Source: Neophaeotheca triangularis
Lineage: Eukaryota
DNA: 64,000 nucleotides
Direction: 5' to 3'
Assembly (NCBI GenBank): GCA_054600435.1
Contig: BAAIJX010000014.1
Coordinates: 248,001-312,000, forward strand
The notes under the pieces were generated by a model. That model ran no database searches and was not told where the DNA came from. It saw nothing but the letters and a program-made list of their open reading frames with translations. Positions 11,724 to 21,480 of the stretch are shown piece by piece (position 1 is the stretch's first letter; each line of letters starts with the position of its first letter). The position numbers were made by a program, and so were the translations under genes.

Positions 11724-12984
11724 TTTGCTGCGCACACTCGAGTTGTTGAGTGATTGTTGACGTCGTGGGTTAGATATCGCGACATCTTCGCCAGCATCCT
11801 TATCGTTCAAGGCTGACTGTGGCCCTAGGAGAACGGGGCGCTGTTGCTTTAACCCTGCTTTTTCTTGTATCTGCCCCACGGCGGGGCGAGCTTCGCGCGT
11901 TCCGCGAGTGACGTGGGTCGGAAAATTGGCGGCTGAAGAGCGGGTGGGACCCACGTGCGCTGGGACGACGTCTCTTCCACTTTGATACCCGACCTCTTCC
12001 ATCGACCTTTCGTACTTGCTCATCCAAATATCTAACATCACTCATGTTGGCTGCCAAAAGCCGCGCAAATTCCCTGGAACTGACAGCGGCTATCTACGGG
12101 TTGGACGCCCATCCTAGGCTACGGGTAAACAAGAACACAGACACTTCAAGAAAGGACCTCGTCCAGCACCGTCTACCGTATCCTGCAAAAGCAGGCCGCC
12201 CTCTGCTGCCACCTTCTCTGAAATTGCGTGGAAAAGACAGACACACACCTCCTCGAAAGGCTCTCTGAAGACAGCCCGCCGACTGTGATCACGTGCACCG
12301 ATACTCAGTCAACGCCCGCTGAAATCCTTGAACCTATCTCGGAATCTACAACTGCAGAGCATTAGCTCAGTCTCAATCTTGTAAAGATTTCCGGCTCATG
12401 CGAGCAGACCGTAAAACGCAGGTGGTATCAGCAATTCCCGAGATGAACTTCGGTAGGTACGGGTAGGTAGGGACAGGTATCTCGTTTCTCGAGTCGTCGC
12501 CAAGATCAACGCGAGTCAATAAACAGATACGCGAGGACCGATTTTTGGACTCGCGCGATTGGGATACTTACCCTTTTGCGATGCATGCAGGATGAGCGAT
12601 GATCACATGACACGAGCCTCTTCATTGCGACACGCTAACACTACAATGCTACCGCGCATTTACGGCGACGATCTATCATGACGGATCGAAACCAGATGGA
12701 GCGTGACTGGCTCGCAACGATTTCAGTGTGAGTTCTCACTTGCGCAAGATCATACAGTCATTGGACATGTGTCGTGACATCCATTTGGAGCATCTCGATA
12801 AAACAGACGTTCGACGCAAATTTGGAAGCAACGAACAAAAGAAGTGCTAATAATATAGTGCACAATCGAACAAAGCCATGCGTACACTGTATGCCGCAAA
12901 GACTCTTTAGCACAACACCCAAGATTGCCCTCGGCTCGACATCCTGTGCCCGACAACGCTATCTTCGCTCTTCTGTCCAGCTTG

Positions 12985-13291
12985 TCACCGAGCCCGCTGG
13001 CTCCTCAGTAACAGCGCTACCGCTTGGACAATGCGAACGATAGCTTCGGCGTACGCTATCTCATCGAGTTCGGGTCTTTCCACTGTGGTTAGTTGTTGTC
13101 GCTCTAGATTCAGATCAGCCATCATGCTCGACCCGACGTCGAATCAACGGACTCGTACCCGGTGTCCAGCGACGATGAAATCGACCAATTCTTCTCACGC
13201 AGCGAACGATGCGGTCTCGGAAACGAACTCCCATGCCTATCATGACGAACAACGTCACTAGTGCAACGATTGTTTCTTTGGTCAAGCCCAT
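12985..13291 (-). CDS. Small single-TM protein, paralogue A (exons 13291-13159, 13103-12985; ~83 aa)
   Basis: MGLTKETIVALVTLFVMIGMGVRFRDRIVRCVRRIGRFHRRWTP|ERQQLTTVERPELDEIAYAEAIVRIVQAVALLLRSQRAR*. The 133-nt exon 1 is colinear with paralogue B; 55-nt intron GTACGA..CTGAT..TAG. Confidence 0.62.
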
Positions 13292-14787
13292 TTCATGCTC
13301 TTGCTCTTAGACTGTCGCAGGACTCGACGACCAATATGCGAGGGGAGAATGGGAGATGTTGTTGCGCTTGAGGTAGTCTGTGTCAATCGAGTCAGCATGT
13401 CGACTTGTAAAGCGACGCATCCTTGGGATTGATTTGGAAGTGAATAAGTAACTGCTCGACAAGCTCTATGGTGAATTTTGGTCTAATCTTGGTTTCACTC
13501 TCGCAAGTTTCGAGTGCTCGCTCTTACAAATTCCAGTTGTCCAACTTACTTCTTGTTTGACTGCCCTTCGCTTTTCGGTAGTAATGGCAATATCGTACTT
13601 CTCGACGTGCGTTCGTGCGATTGTTCGCTGATAATTGTTGAAAGTGACGATCAGCTTTATACCATATCGAGGAATCAGGTAGCCAGCGTCTGGGCACTAC
13701 TAACTAGGTAGATGCGCGGGCATCAGTGCGCCAGAGTCGCGTCCGTGCACGAGGTAGTCCGCACCTGTACACCACTGCGCCTTCGCTTTCTACTCGGTCG
13801 AAGTCGCAGGCCGCTTTACGGTCTTGGCATGCGATAGTTTGGGTGCTCACCCTGTCACCTCCAAAAACATGTCCCCTGTTTCTATCGTCCGGGAAGTGAT
13901 GACCTGTCTTTCTCTTCTTCTTGGCGCTACTAAAACCTTGTTAAACGTCGCTTTAATCGCCATCTGCTTCGGTGGACCAACGCAAAGAGCGTGCTACGCC
14001 ATACGATTTCAGGTGCAGCCCGGTGAGGAATTCTAGTGTATACCCCGTTAGCAATTTGCGTCCTTACCTTACGAATAGCTCCCTGTCTCGAGTCTCATAT
14101 TCTGCACTTGCTAACGCTACATTTGCTAAGCAGCTGAGGTTTCCTGATAATAATTCAACAGATAACGCCTCGGTCTTCGTAATAGGAAGTAATCTGAAAC
14201 TGCGAAATGTTGAAAAACCCAATTGACTCTATGTACAAGATTCGATCTTTACTTGCAGCAAGGTGATCCGATAAAGGCTGTGATTTTTGTTCAAATCCGC
14301 ATTTTGGCCCTAGAACCCATGTGGTCAGAGTTAGGCTGCTAGGAGGTAGGCATAATAACGTCCGAAGGAGTAGTGTTTACTACTGTAACTAGTCAAGTGT
14401 ACCTATACCGTGGACTTAGGTACATAAGTAAGTAGTAGTAAGCCTTATAGACAGAGGAAAAGGGGAAGAACAAGAGCGGATTGTATGCAAGATGTAGTAG
14501 TCGCATTCCTCAGGCCCGAGAGGCCGGGAGACGACTGAGTGCATGTAGGCGATGACAAGGCAGCATAGCGAAGGAAAGGTATACTATATTTGCTGTCTGA
14601 GGTGACCGTGCAGCAGGTAGGTAAGGTTGGTAAGGTACCTTGTCGTGATTGGACCAACTCACACCTTACACGACGACCTGAAGATATCGAACATCTCACT
14701 CTCAGCTGTCACAGCGGATGTCGTCCAATTTGGATCATGGTAGCGCAAACCTAAAGGTTCGACGGATTTTGAGGCCCTTGCTTTTGA

Positions 14788-14794
14788 TGAGTCA
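14788..14794. promoter_or_regulatory. Gcn4/CpcA/Cpc-1 consensus site (TGAGTCA) upstream of MES1
   Basis: Exact TGAGTCA about 220 nt upstream of the MES1 ATG. Aminoacyl-tRNA synthetases are known cross-pathway-control targets. Confidence 0.5.
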
Positions 14795-15013
14795 GGAGGG
14801 GGATTTCGAGAAATGCCCCTCACCTTAGGACGATAGAACTACAATTCTATTTCGAAAACAAAAGGTGAAAGCAAACCGAGCTTCAGCACACACTTTCTGG
14901 TCCATTTGACGCTTCGTTTGATCAGAGTCTTGAAAGAACACGCTGCAGCGCGACAAATTGAACGACCCAGCGAAGCGCAGAAACAGAAACAGAAACAGAT
15001 CCCTCTCGCCAAT

Positions 15014-16951
15014 ATGGCAGACGGCGGAAAGCGCGAGATTCTGCCAGTGGACGGCGAGAATAACATCTTGATCACGTCGGCCCTCCCATACGTCAACAAC
15101 GTCCCCCACTTGGGCAATGTCATCGGCAGTGTCCTTTCCGCGGACGTTTTCGCGAGATACTGCAAAGCACGCAGCTACCCGACCCTCTTCATCTGCGGTA
15201 CCGACGAGTACGGGACGGCAACAGAAACCAAGGCGATCGAGGAGAAAGTGACGCCGCAACAGTTATGCGACAAGTACAACAAGATCCATAAAGAGGTGTA
15301 CGACTGGTTCGGCATCGAGTTTGATCACTTTGGCCGCACACCCACGCAGCAGCAGACGGATATTACGCAGGACATTTTCGGCAAGCTGCACAAAAATGGA
15401 TACTTGGAGGAGCGCACGACCACCCAGCCCTACTGTGAGGAGCACAAAAGCTTTTTGGCCGATCGGTTCGTGGAAGGAGAGTGCCCATTGTGCGGGTACG
15501 CGGACGCCAGAGGAGACCAGTGCGATAAGTGCGGAAAGCTGCTGGACCCGCTGGACTTGATCAAGCCGAGGTGCAAGCTGGATGGTGCTTCGCCGGTACC
15601 AAAAGAGACTACGCACGTGTTTTTGATGTTGGATAAGCTGCAGGACAAGGTTGAGACGTGGGTGAAGAAGAGCAGCAGTGAGGGTGATTGGTCGTCGAAC
15701 GGTGTCAACATTACAGAGGCGTGGTTGAAGGAAGGGCTGAAGCCGAGAGGCATCACCAGAGATTTGAAGTGGGGAACGAAGGTGCCTTTGCCGGGTTACG
15801 AGGAGAAGAGCATTTACGTCTGGTTTGATGCTTGCATCGGGTACGTCTCAATCACCGCAACCTACACAGACCAATGGGAGAAATGGTGGCGAAACCCGGA
15901 GCAGGTGAAGCTCTTCCAGTTCATGGGCAAGGACAATGTACCCTTCCACACCGTCGTCTTCCCTAGCTCGCAACTCGGTACGGGCGACAAGTGGACGATG
16001 CTTAACCATCTTTCCACGACCGAGTACCTCAACTACGAGCACGGCAAATTCAGCAAAAGCCGTGGTGTAGGTGTCTTCGGTACGAGCGCAAAGGAGACTG
16101 GCGTTTCAGCAGACGTATGGCGATACTTCCTTCTCCTCCGAAGACCGGAAACCAGCGACGCCGAGTTCGAGTGGGAAGGCTTCGTCAGTGCAAACAACAA
16201 CGAGCTTGTGGCCAACTTTGGCAACTTCGTCAACCGCATCCTCAAGTTCGTCAACTCGGCCAACTACGACAGCTCCGTCCCTCAAGCCCCTGAAATCGAC
16301 CCATCCTCCGACCTCGCCAAGCGCCTCGAGCAGCACAAGGAAGAAGTCAACGCAGCCCTCAAGCAATACCGCGACGACATGGAAGCCGTACACCTGCGTC
16401 AAGGCCTGCTAACCGCCCGCGACATCTCCTCGCTCGGCAATAAACTGCTCCAAGACAATCGCCTCGACAACAGTCTCTTCAACAACGAGCGCGCCCGCTG
16501 CGACGCCGTCGTGAACATCGCTCTCAACCACGTGCACCTCCTCGCCTCGGTCATTGCGCCCTACCTCCCCGCCACCTCCTCCGCCATCCTCTCGCAACTC
16601 AACACCACCCTCCTCATCATCCCGGATAAATGGGACGCCACCTCCATTCCCGTAGGCCACAAGATCGGCAAGGCCGCGCATCTGTTCAAAACCATCAAGC
16701 CTGAGAAGATCCAGGAGTGGAAGGAGCTGTTTGGTGGTAGCGAGTTGATGAAACAGAAGCGCGAGAAGGAGGAGAAGGCTGCGAAGCGCAAAGCGGAGAA
16801 GGAGGCCAAGAAGGCGAGGAAGGCGGCGGAGAAGGGCAAGGAGACTGTTGAGGCGGTCGAGAAGGATGGAGTGCAGACCGAGCCAAAGGCTAAGGAGGCT
16901 GTTGATGAGGTTACTGAAGGGACTAAACAGGTTTCTTTGCAGACCAGTTAG
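15014..16951 (+). CDS. MES1: Methionyl-tRNA synthetase, cytoplasmic
   Basis: ITSALPYVNNVPHLGN (HIGH-like), Zn-knuckle CxxC motifs, YVWFDA, QFMGKDN, KFSKS (KMSKS-like) and a Lys/Glu-rich tail. ATG at 15014. Confidence 0.96.
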   Translation: MADGGKREILPVDGENNILITSALPYVNNVPHLGNVIGSVLSADVFARYCKARSYPTLFICGTDEYGTATETKAIEEKVTPQQLCDKYNKIHKEVYDWFGIEFDHFGRTPTQQQTDITQDIFGKLHKNGYLEERTTTQPYCEEHKSFLADRFVEGECPLCGYADARGDQCDKCGKLLDPLDLIKPRCKLDGASPVPKETTHVFLMLDKLQDKVETWVKKSSSEGDWSSNGVNITEAWLKEGLKPRGITRDLKWGTKVPLPGYEEKSIYVWFDACIGYVSITATYTDQWEKWWRNPEQVKLFQFMGKDNVPFHTVVFPSSQLGTGDKWTMLNHLSTTEYLNYEHGKFSKSRGVGVFGTSAKETGVSADVWRYFLLLRRPETSDAEFEWEGFVSANNNELVANFGNFVNRILKFVNSANYDSSVPQAPEIDPSSDLAKRLEQHKEEVNAALKQYRDDMEAVHLRQGLLTARDISSLGNKLLQDNRLDNSLFNNERARCDAVVNIALNHVHLLASVIAPYLPATSSAILSQLNTTLLIIPDKWDATSIPVGHKIGKAAHLFKTIKPEKIQEWKELFGGSELMKQKREKEEKAAKRKAEKEAKKARKAAEKGKETVEAVEKDGVQTEPKAKEAVDEVTEGTKQVSLQTS

Positions 16952-17428
16952 GGGGAGCGGGTGAGAAGCGATGAAGATGCATGGAAATGTTTGACGAGAG
17001 ATGTTTGACGAAAGTTGCTGTTCAGGGGAAGCGTGGCGCTGATAGTATAGTCTAGGAAGGATGGGCAAGAGGATACGAGTCACACGCTTATTCAACTGCG
17101 CGGTGGTCATATAGACAGGAATCGCTAGATCTCTAAAGCACTGGCTTTTGTGTGAGAACTGTCCAAAGACTTCTGTAGATTGCATGGCACATGTTAAGTG
17201 GCTTGCAGACTAGGCTACCACTGCTGCTGTGATCCACTGCTTAGTAGCGAGCGCCGCCTTTTGGTCAAGGAGGAGCGAGAAGTCGCGGGCACCACGCAGA
17301 GAACCTAGTCACTATAGGTAGGCATTGGACGGGGCACTTAGTAGTGGACATGCGCCATAGTCGCGGTTGAAGTGGACCCTTAGCGTCAAGTGGCAAAGTA
17401 GGTTAGTCAAACCTGGGGCCGAAGGACA

Positions 17429-17530
17429 CAAGCGGGTGACAGTAAAACGGGGCCAGCTTTAGCTCGAAGGACAGTATACAAAGTGGTAGAATCCGACAAG
17501 AACTGGCCCTGTTTTACTGACACCCGCTTG
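17429..17530 (+). repeat. Inverted repeat, 28-bp arms (17429-17456 and 17503-17530)
   Basis: CAAGCGGGTGACAGTAAAACGGGGCCAG versus the reverse complement of CTGGCCCTGTTTTACTGACACCCGCTTG: 26/28 match. One of the two mismatches is a G-U wobble on the + strand. Confidence 0.9.
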
Positions 17531-17660
17531 GGACACTAGGTTGAGGGGTCGCTTTGACCAGCAGGGGTCGCTTTAGTGGATGTCAAGAGGGCCCGGGTAC
17601 ATGTAGGTAGAGGAACCGAAGCCATTCGGAATGCTCAATTTCCCGCTAGCGCTTCCGCCT

Positions 17661-17724
17661 TGCTGGTTGGGTGTGCTGATGATGATTGATGTTGCTGGTC
17701 GGGTGTGCTGATGATGATTGTTGT
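17661..17724. repeat. 32-bp tandem duplication
   Basis: TGCTGG(T/C)... unit TGCTGGTTGGGTGTGCTGATGATGATTGATGT occurs twice, with 2 differences. Confidence 0.85.
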
Positions 17725-18549
17725 TGAAACTAAGCACTATGGTGCACAGCCATACTTACCCATTCTACCCATCCAAGGTGATCCGCGCCGAAGTAACATT
17801 TAAAGCGAAGGCCTTCCCTCACACCTTCACAACCACTGCAAACTAACTACTCAAAGATCACTATATCTTACAGAAAAAGAGTGACCAAACCATCAAACAC
17901 CCTCCTCGATCTTTTACACACTCCCAACTTCGACTTTGCGAGGACTTTAACGAGTTGCGAAGGTCTCACCCAATCACGTGCTACAGCTTCGTCTTGGTGA
18001 GTAGCACCTATTTTACTCTTTTTTTCCCCTTCAGATCAATACTCAAAAGTGATATGCCACTTAAACACATAGTTTACCATCTAAGACCGCCTCTACTGTT
18101 TTGAACGAACGCGAAAACCTCCTACCTCCTCGCGCAATACACAATCGCAAAACTGAGTCCTGGTCGTTCATTCTTTGGTCTTGGCTCCCACATCGGCCCG
18201 GACGAGACTTTACAAGTTTGCGGAGTCGCTCCGAGCCTTGAGTCTATGCTTGTTAGGATCTTCCGACAAGTGTGTACCTACTTCACGATATAGTGCAACA
18301 GAGCTCCAATGCCCCCTTACTTACCATACCTCGCTTCTCGTTCATCTTATTTTACATGATGTACCTTCATCTGCTAGCCATTGCCGTACTCTTCCTCGTG
18401 AATCTCGTTCGCAAACACTAGGTTGGCACAGCCCGAACTAACAGTTTCGATAAACAGAACACACTTTCACTTGATCTACAACCGATCCCACTACCCGCCA
18501 ATCAATACTAATCAATCGTCGTCTCGATCGTTCGACCTCTAGCGACACA

Positions 18550-19088
18550 ATGCATTGGTCCCTCGAAGCCATCCTTGCCCTCATCACCCTCATCTTCATG
18601 ATGATGCTCGCAATTCGCTTCGGAGACCGTCTGAAAGCTTGCCTCGGAAGCATCCATCGTTGTCTCAAGAGACACATCGACAGTATGTTACCTTATTGAC
18701 TTGCAACTTTACCCTTACCTCTAATCGAAAATCGATCGAGTTCCTCGCTTGGCTGACAGGGTGTACAGTGCCATTACTGCCTACGCAAGAACCACAACTA
18801 CCACGAGAGGCACCCGGAGTTCGACCCCACGTTCAAAACGTTCATACCGACCATATGCTCCACGTCAACGACGTGCACAATGAACGGAATGTCCACAACG
18901 TACAAAACGTACAAAACGTCTACAACGTCATCAATTGTAACGTCGACAACTTCTCAAATGTTATGCAGGAGGAGCTCGCAATCGCGTTACAATCTCTGGT
19001 ATTTCTCGCACACGAGCTCCGACGACACAGACAACGAAGCTGGCACGATCTCGAACTCGGTGGGCGTGCTCGCCTGCACGCACAGTGA
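18550..19088 (+). CDS. Small single-TM protein, paralogue B (exons 18550-18682, 18769-19088; 150 aa), with Asn/Val repeat insert
   Basis: MHWSLEAILALITLIFMMMLAIRFGDRLKACLGSIHRCLKRHID|MPLLPTQEPQLPREAPG...NVMQEELAIALQSLVFLAHELRRHRQRSWHDLELGGRARLHAQ*. Intron GTATGT..CTGAC..CAG; total 453 nt, in frame. Confidence 0.78.
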
Positions 19089-21040
19089 GCAAGCAAGATA
19101 CCGGGATCCGCCGGACGATGCCAACGTGGGGGCGATGGAGCCGTGGATGATTGGGAGAGGGCAATTAAAGGTCGCTGTATGACCGGGATGTAGGCTGGGG
19201 AATGATGGAGTAGCCTGAGGCGCATCATGAGCATGGTGCTACGAGTAATGAGTCCGGAAGTCATGGAATTTACGAAAAATCTGTTGTCCTGTCACGTTGT
19301 TAGCGCTTGCGTTTCCTTGGGAGTTCGAGAGATGGGAAGATCAGATCCACTGGCAAATGCTGTATTTCGAGCATGTATCGTTCATCAGCCATAAGAAATC
19401 GGTAGACTAAAGTTCGGCCTATGTCAGAAGGAGGTCAAGGCGGATCGATAACTAGCATATTTAGAAATTGACCACAGTGTGTCTGTCGGATGTCGTATGC
19501 ACAAGTATCTACGTACGTGAAGGACTCGGAGAAATAGTTGACTGAAGGGTCGGGCTGTGATTAGCAGAGTCCGGTTTGACATAAGTGAACACTTATAGCC
19601 ATTGCTCATGGGAGCTCCGTTATGTATAACATAAGGCAAATCCGCGTGGGATGGCCTTTTGCCGAAATGAGAGCGAGTGCTAAAGGGCGATGTGCGTAAT
19701 ATATCACCACCGACGTGCCGTTATGACAGTTGCTGTGAGTGTTCTTGTGAGCCGTGATAGTGGACAGGGAGCTATCCAGGCCTCGAGGCACAGCGGCATA
19801 TCATCAGCTGCCACTACCTAGTATTGGCAGCGTCAGGGGTAGGCAACGCCGCCAGCAGCTTTTTTTTTTTTCCTGGTCCGTATCAGATAACGGTCTCGAC
19901 AAGCTTAAGTAGGTACTTGGCAGGCACGAGACCGCAGTGATAATTGACCCGAGGTCTCGTCGCTTGAGGACGTTCTGGCGGAGAAGAGTCCAACAGCTTC
20001 GTCATCCAAGCCGACTCCATTGCTGCAGGATCTCCTGCGGGACTCTTGCAGGCTCTAGGACTAATAATGTAGTACTGTATCAAACATCTCCTCGCTAATC
20101 ATCTAGCCTCTAATGCGACGGCAGGCGGTCTGGCACACTTGCTCGGAATCAATCCACACTGCATACATGCGGATCGTGTTCAATTACTTCGATGTGGCTG
20201 CACGATGAACTTCCATTGTGGCGATTTGCAGGTCGTGGCAGTCAGTATAGGGGTACATGACAAGCTGTCGGGCCTTAAAGAATACATACTTGGGCAGGTA
20301 CGACACAAGTGTCATGGCATGAGCCGATCCGCTGTGTCTTACCCTAGGTTTTCCGGAAAGGGGGTTAGCAGCGTAGGGAAGGATGTACCTCCTACCTTCG
20401 AGGTAAGGCTAAAACATGTGCCCTGTATGCGTGAGCGATTCCCAGGTGATAACAGTAGTCGCAGCACGTCAGTGATGAGAGGGTCTGTGCGTGCTACACC
20501 CTCGCTTCACTGCATGTCACCTGGGCACATGGGCAGCTCATGGATTTGTCCGCACCATGGTCTGCGGCCGATCCTGAGTTCGCCAGAACAGCCACTCATC
20601 TGGGATCTGTCCTGAAGTCGCCAGGCTCGAGCCAGGTCAGTCTCCAGTCGCTTGACGTATATAATTATCATGTCGAAGCCGTCCGTTATGATTACACTTT
20701 CATTCACAGGTCGTTTCTACCTTTACCCATCAACATACAAACATTACACAACTATACGTGAGCCTGCCGCTCTCTTTCGATCGTAAGTCGATCAATAATA
20801 TTTCCTTCACTGCACTACATGTTTCCGGCATCCACCGAGGCCTCGTTTGGTAGGCAAATTGCAACGCTTATACGACGAATTGCTTCCCATGACTGCCGGT
20901 TCCCATAAATCAATACTCTAAAATTCACGATCTCATCATCCACTAATGGCGCAACCAAAAGCAGATAACACCACGCTTCCCAGCTCTACCCATCAGCCAG
21001 CGTCCCTTAGATTTCTTGATCGCTCAGCTTCAATTCTAGT

Positions 21041-21480
21041 ATGGATTGGTCTCTCGAAGCCATCCTCGCTTTGATCACCCTCCTCATCACATTACTCCTC
21101 GCCCTCCGCTTCCGGGAACCCTTGAAAGCTTGCTTCCAGTGGATCCATGAACGGTTCGGGAAACTAATGGCCGTGGAAAGTGGGTTGTCTCTTTAATTGT
21201 TCCTTTTCTGGCGTCAAATGGATTTTTTCGGTCGAGCGACGAGTGCCATTGGCTGACACCGCCTCTAGCAACGCCGATACCGCCCACGCAAGAGCTACAG
21301 CTGCAAGAGCGGACAGGAGCTCCCGCATACGTCTACAATGTTATGCACGAGGAGCTCGAAATTGGTTTACAGGCCTTGATGTCTATCGGACGCGGAATAC
21401 GGCGGCAAAGACAGGGAAGCTCGCACGACTTGGAAGCTGGCGAATCGGCACCGAGGGAAGGGCAAGTTATATTACAGTAA
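21041..21480 (+). CDS. Small single-TM protein, paralogue C (exons 21041-21179, 21269-21480; 116 aa)
   Basis: MDWSLEAILALITLLITLLLALRFREPLKACFQWIHERFGKLMAVE|TTPIPPTQELQLQERTGAPAYVYNVMHEELEIGLQALMSIGRGIRRQRQGSSHDLEAGESAPREGQVILQ*. Intron GTGGGT..CTGAC..TAG; both exons align with paralogue B. Confidence 0.78.

Noticed and set aside
12564..12640. Second U1-like sequence (ATACTTACCC...GATCACATGA...CATTGCGAC)
   Set aside because: No supporting stems or Sm site. The 5' motif is simply the reverse complement of a GGTAAGTAT donor-like string; the same applies at 17752.
14837..15013. Open frame upstream of the MES1 ATG as a non-AUG mitochondrial extension
   Set aside because: It contains several acidic residues and a (CAGAAA)n repeat rather than a clear presequence, and fungi normally have a separate mitochondrial MetRS.
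18555..18768. Track ORF 18555-19088 N-terminus (MVPRSHPC...)
   Set aside because: TTG start in the wrong frame that reads through the intron; only the part from 18769 aligns with paralogue C.
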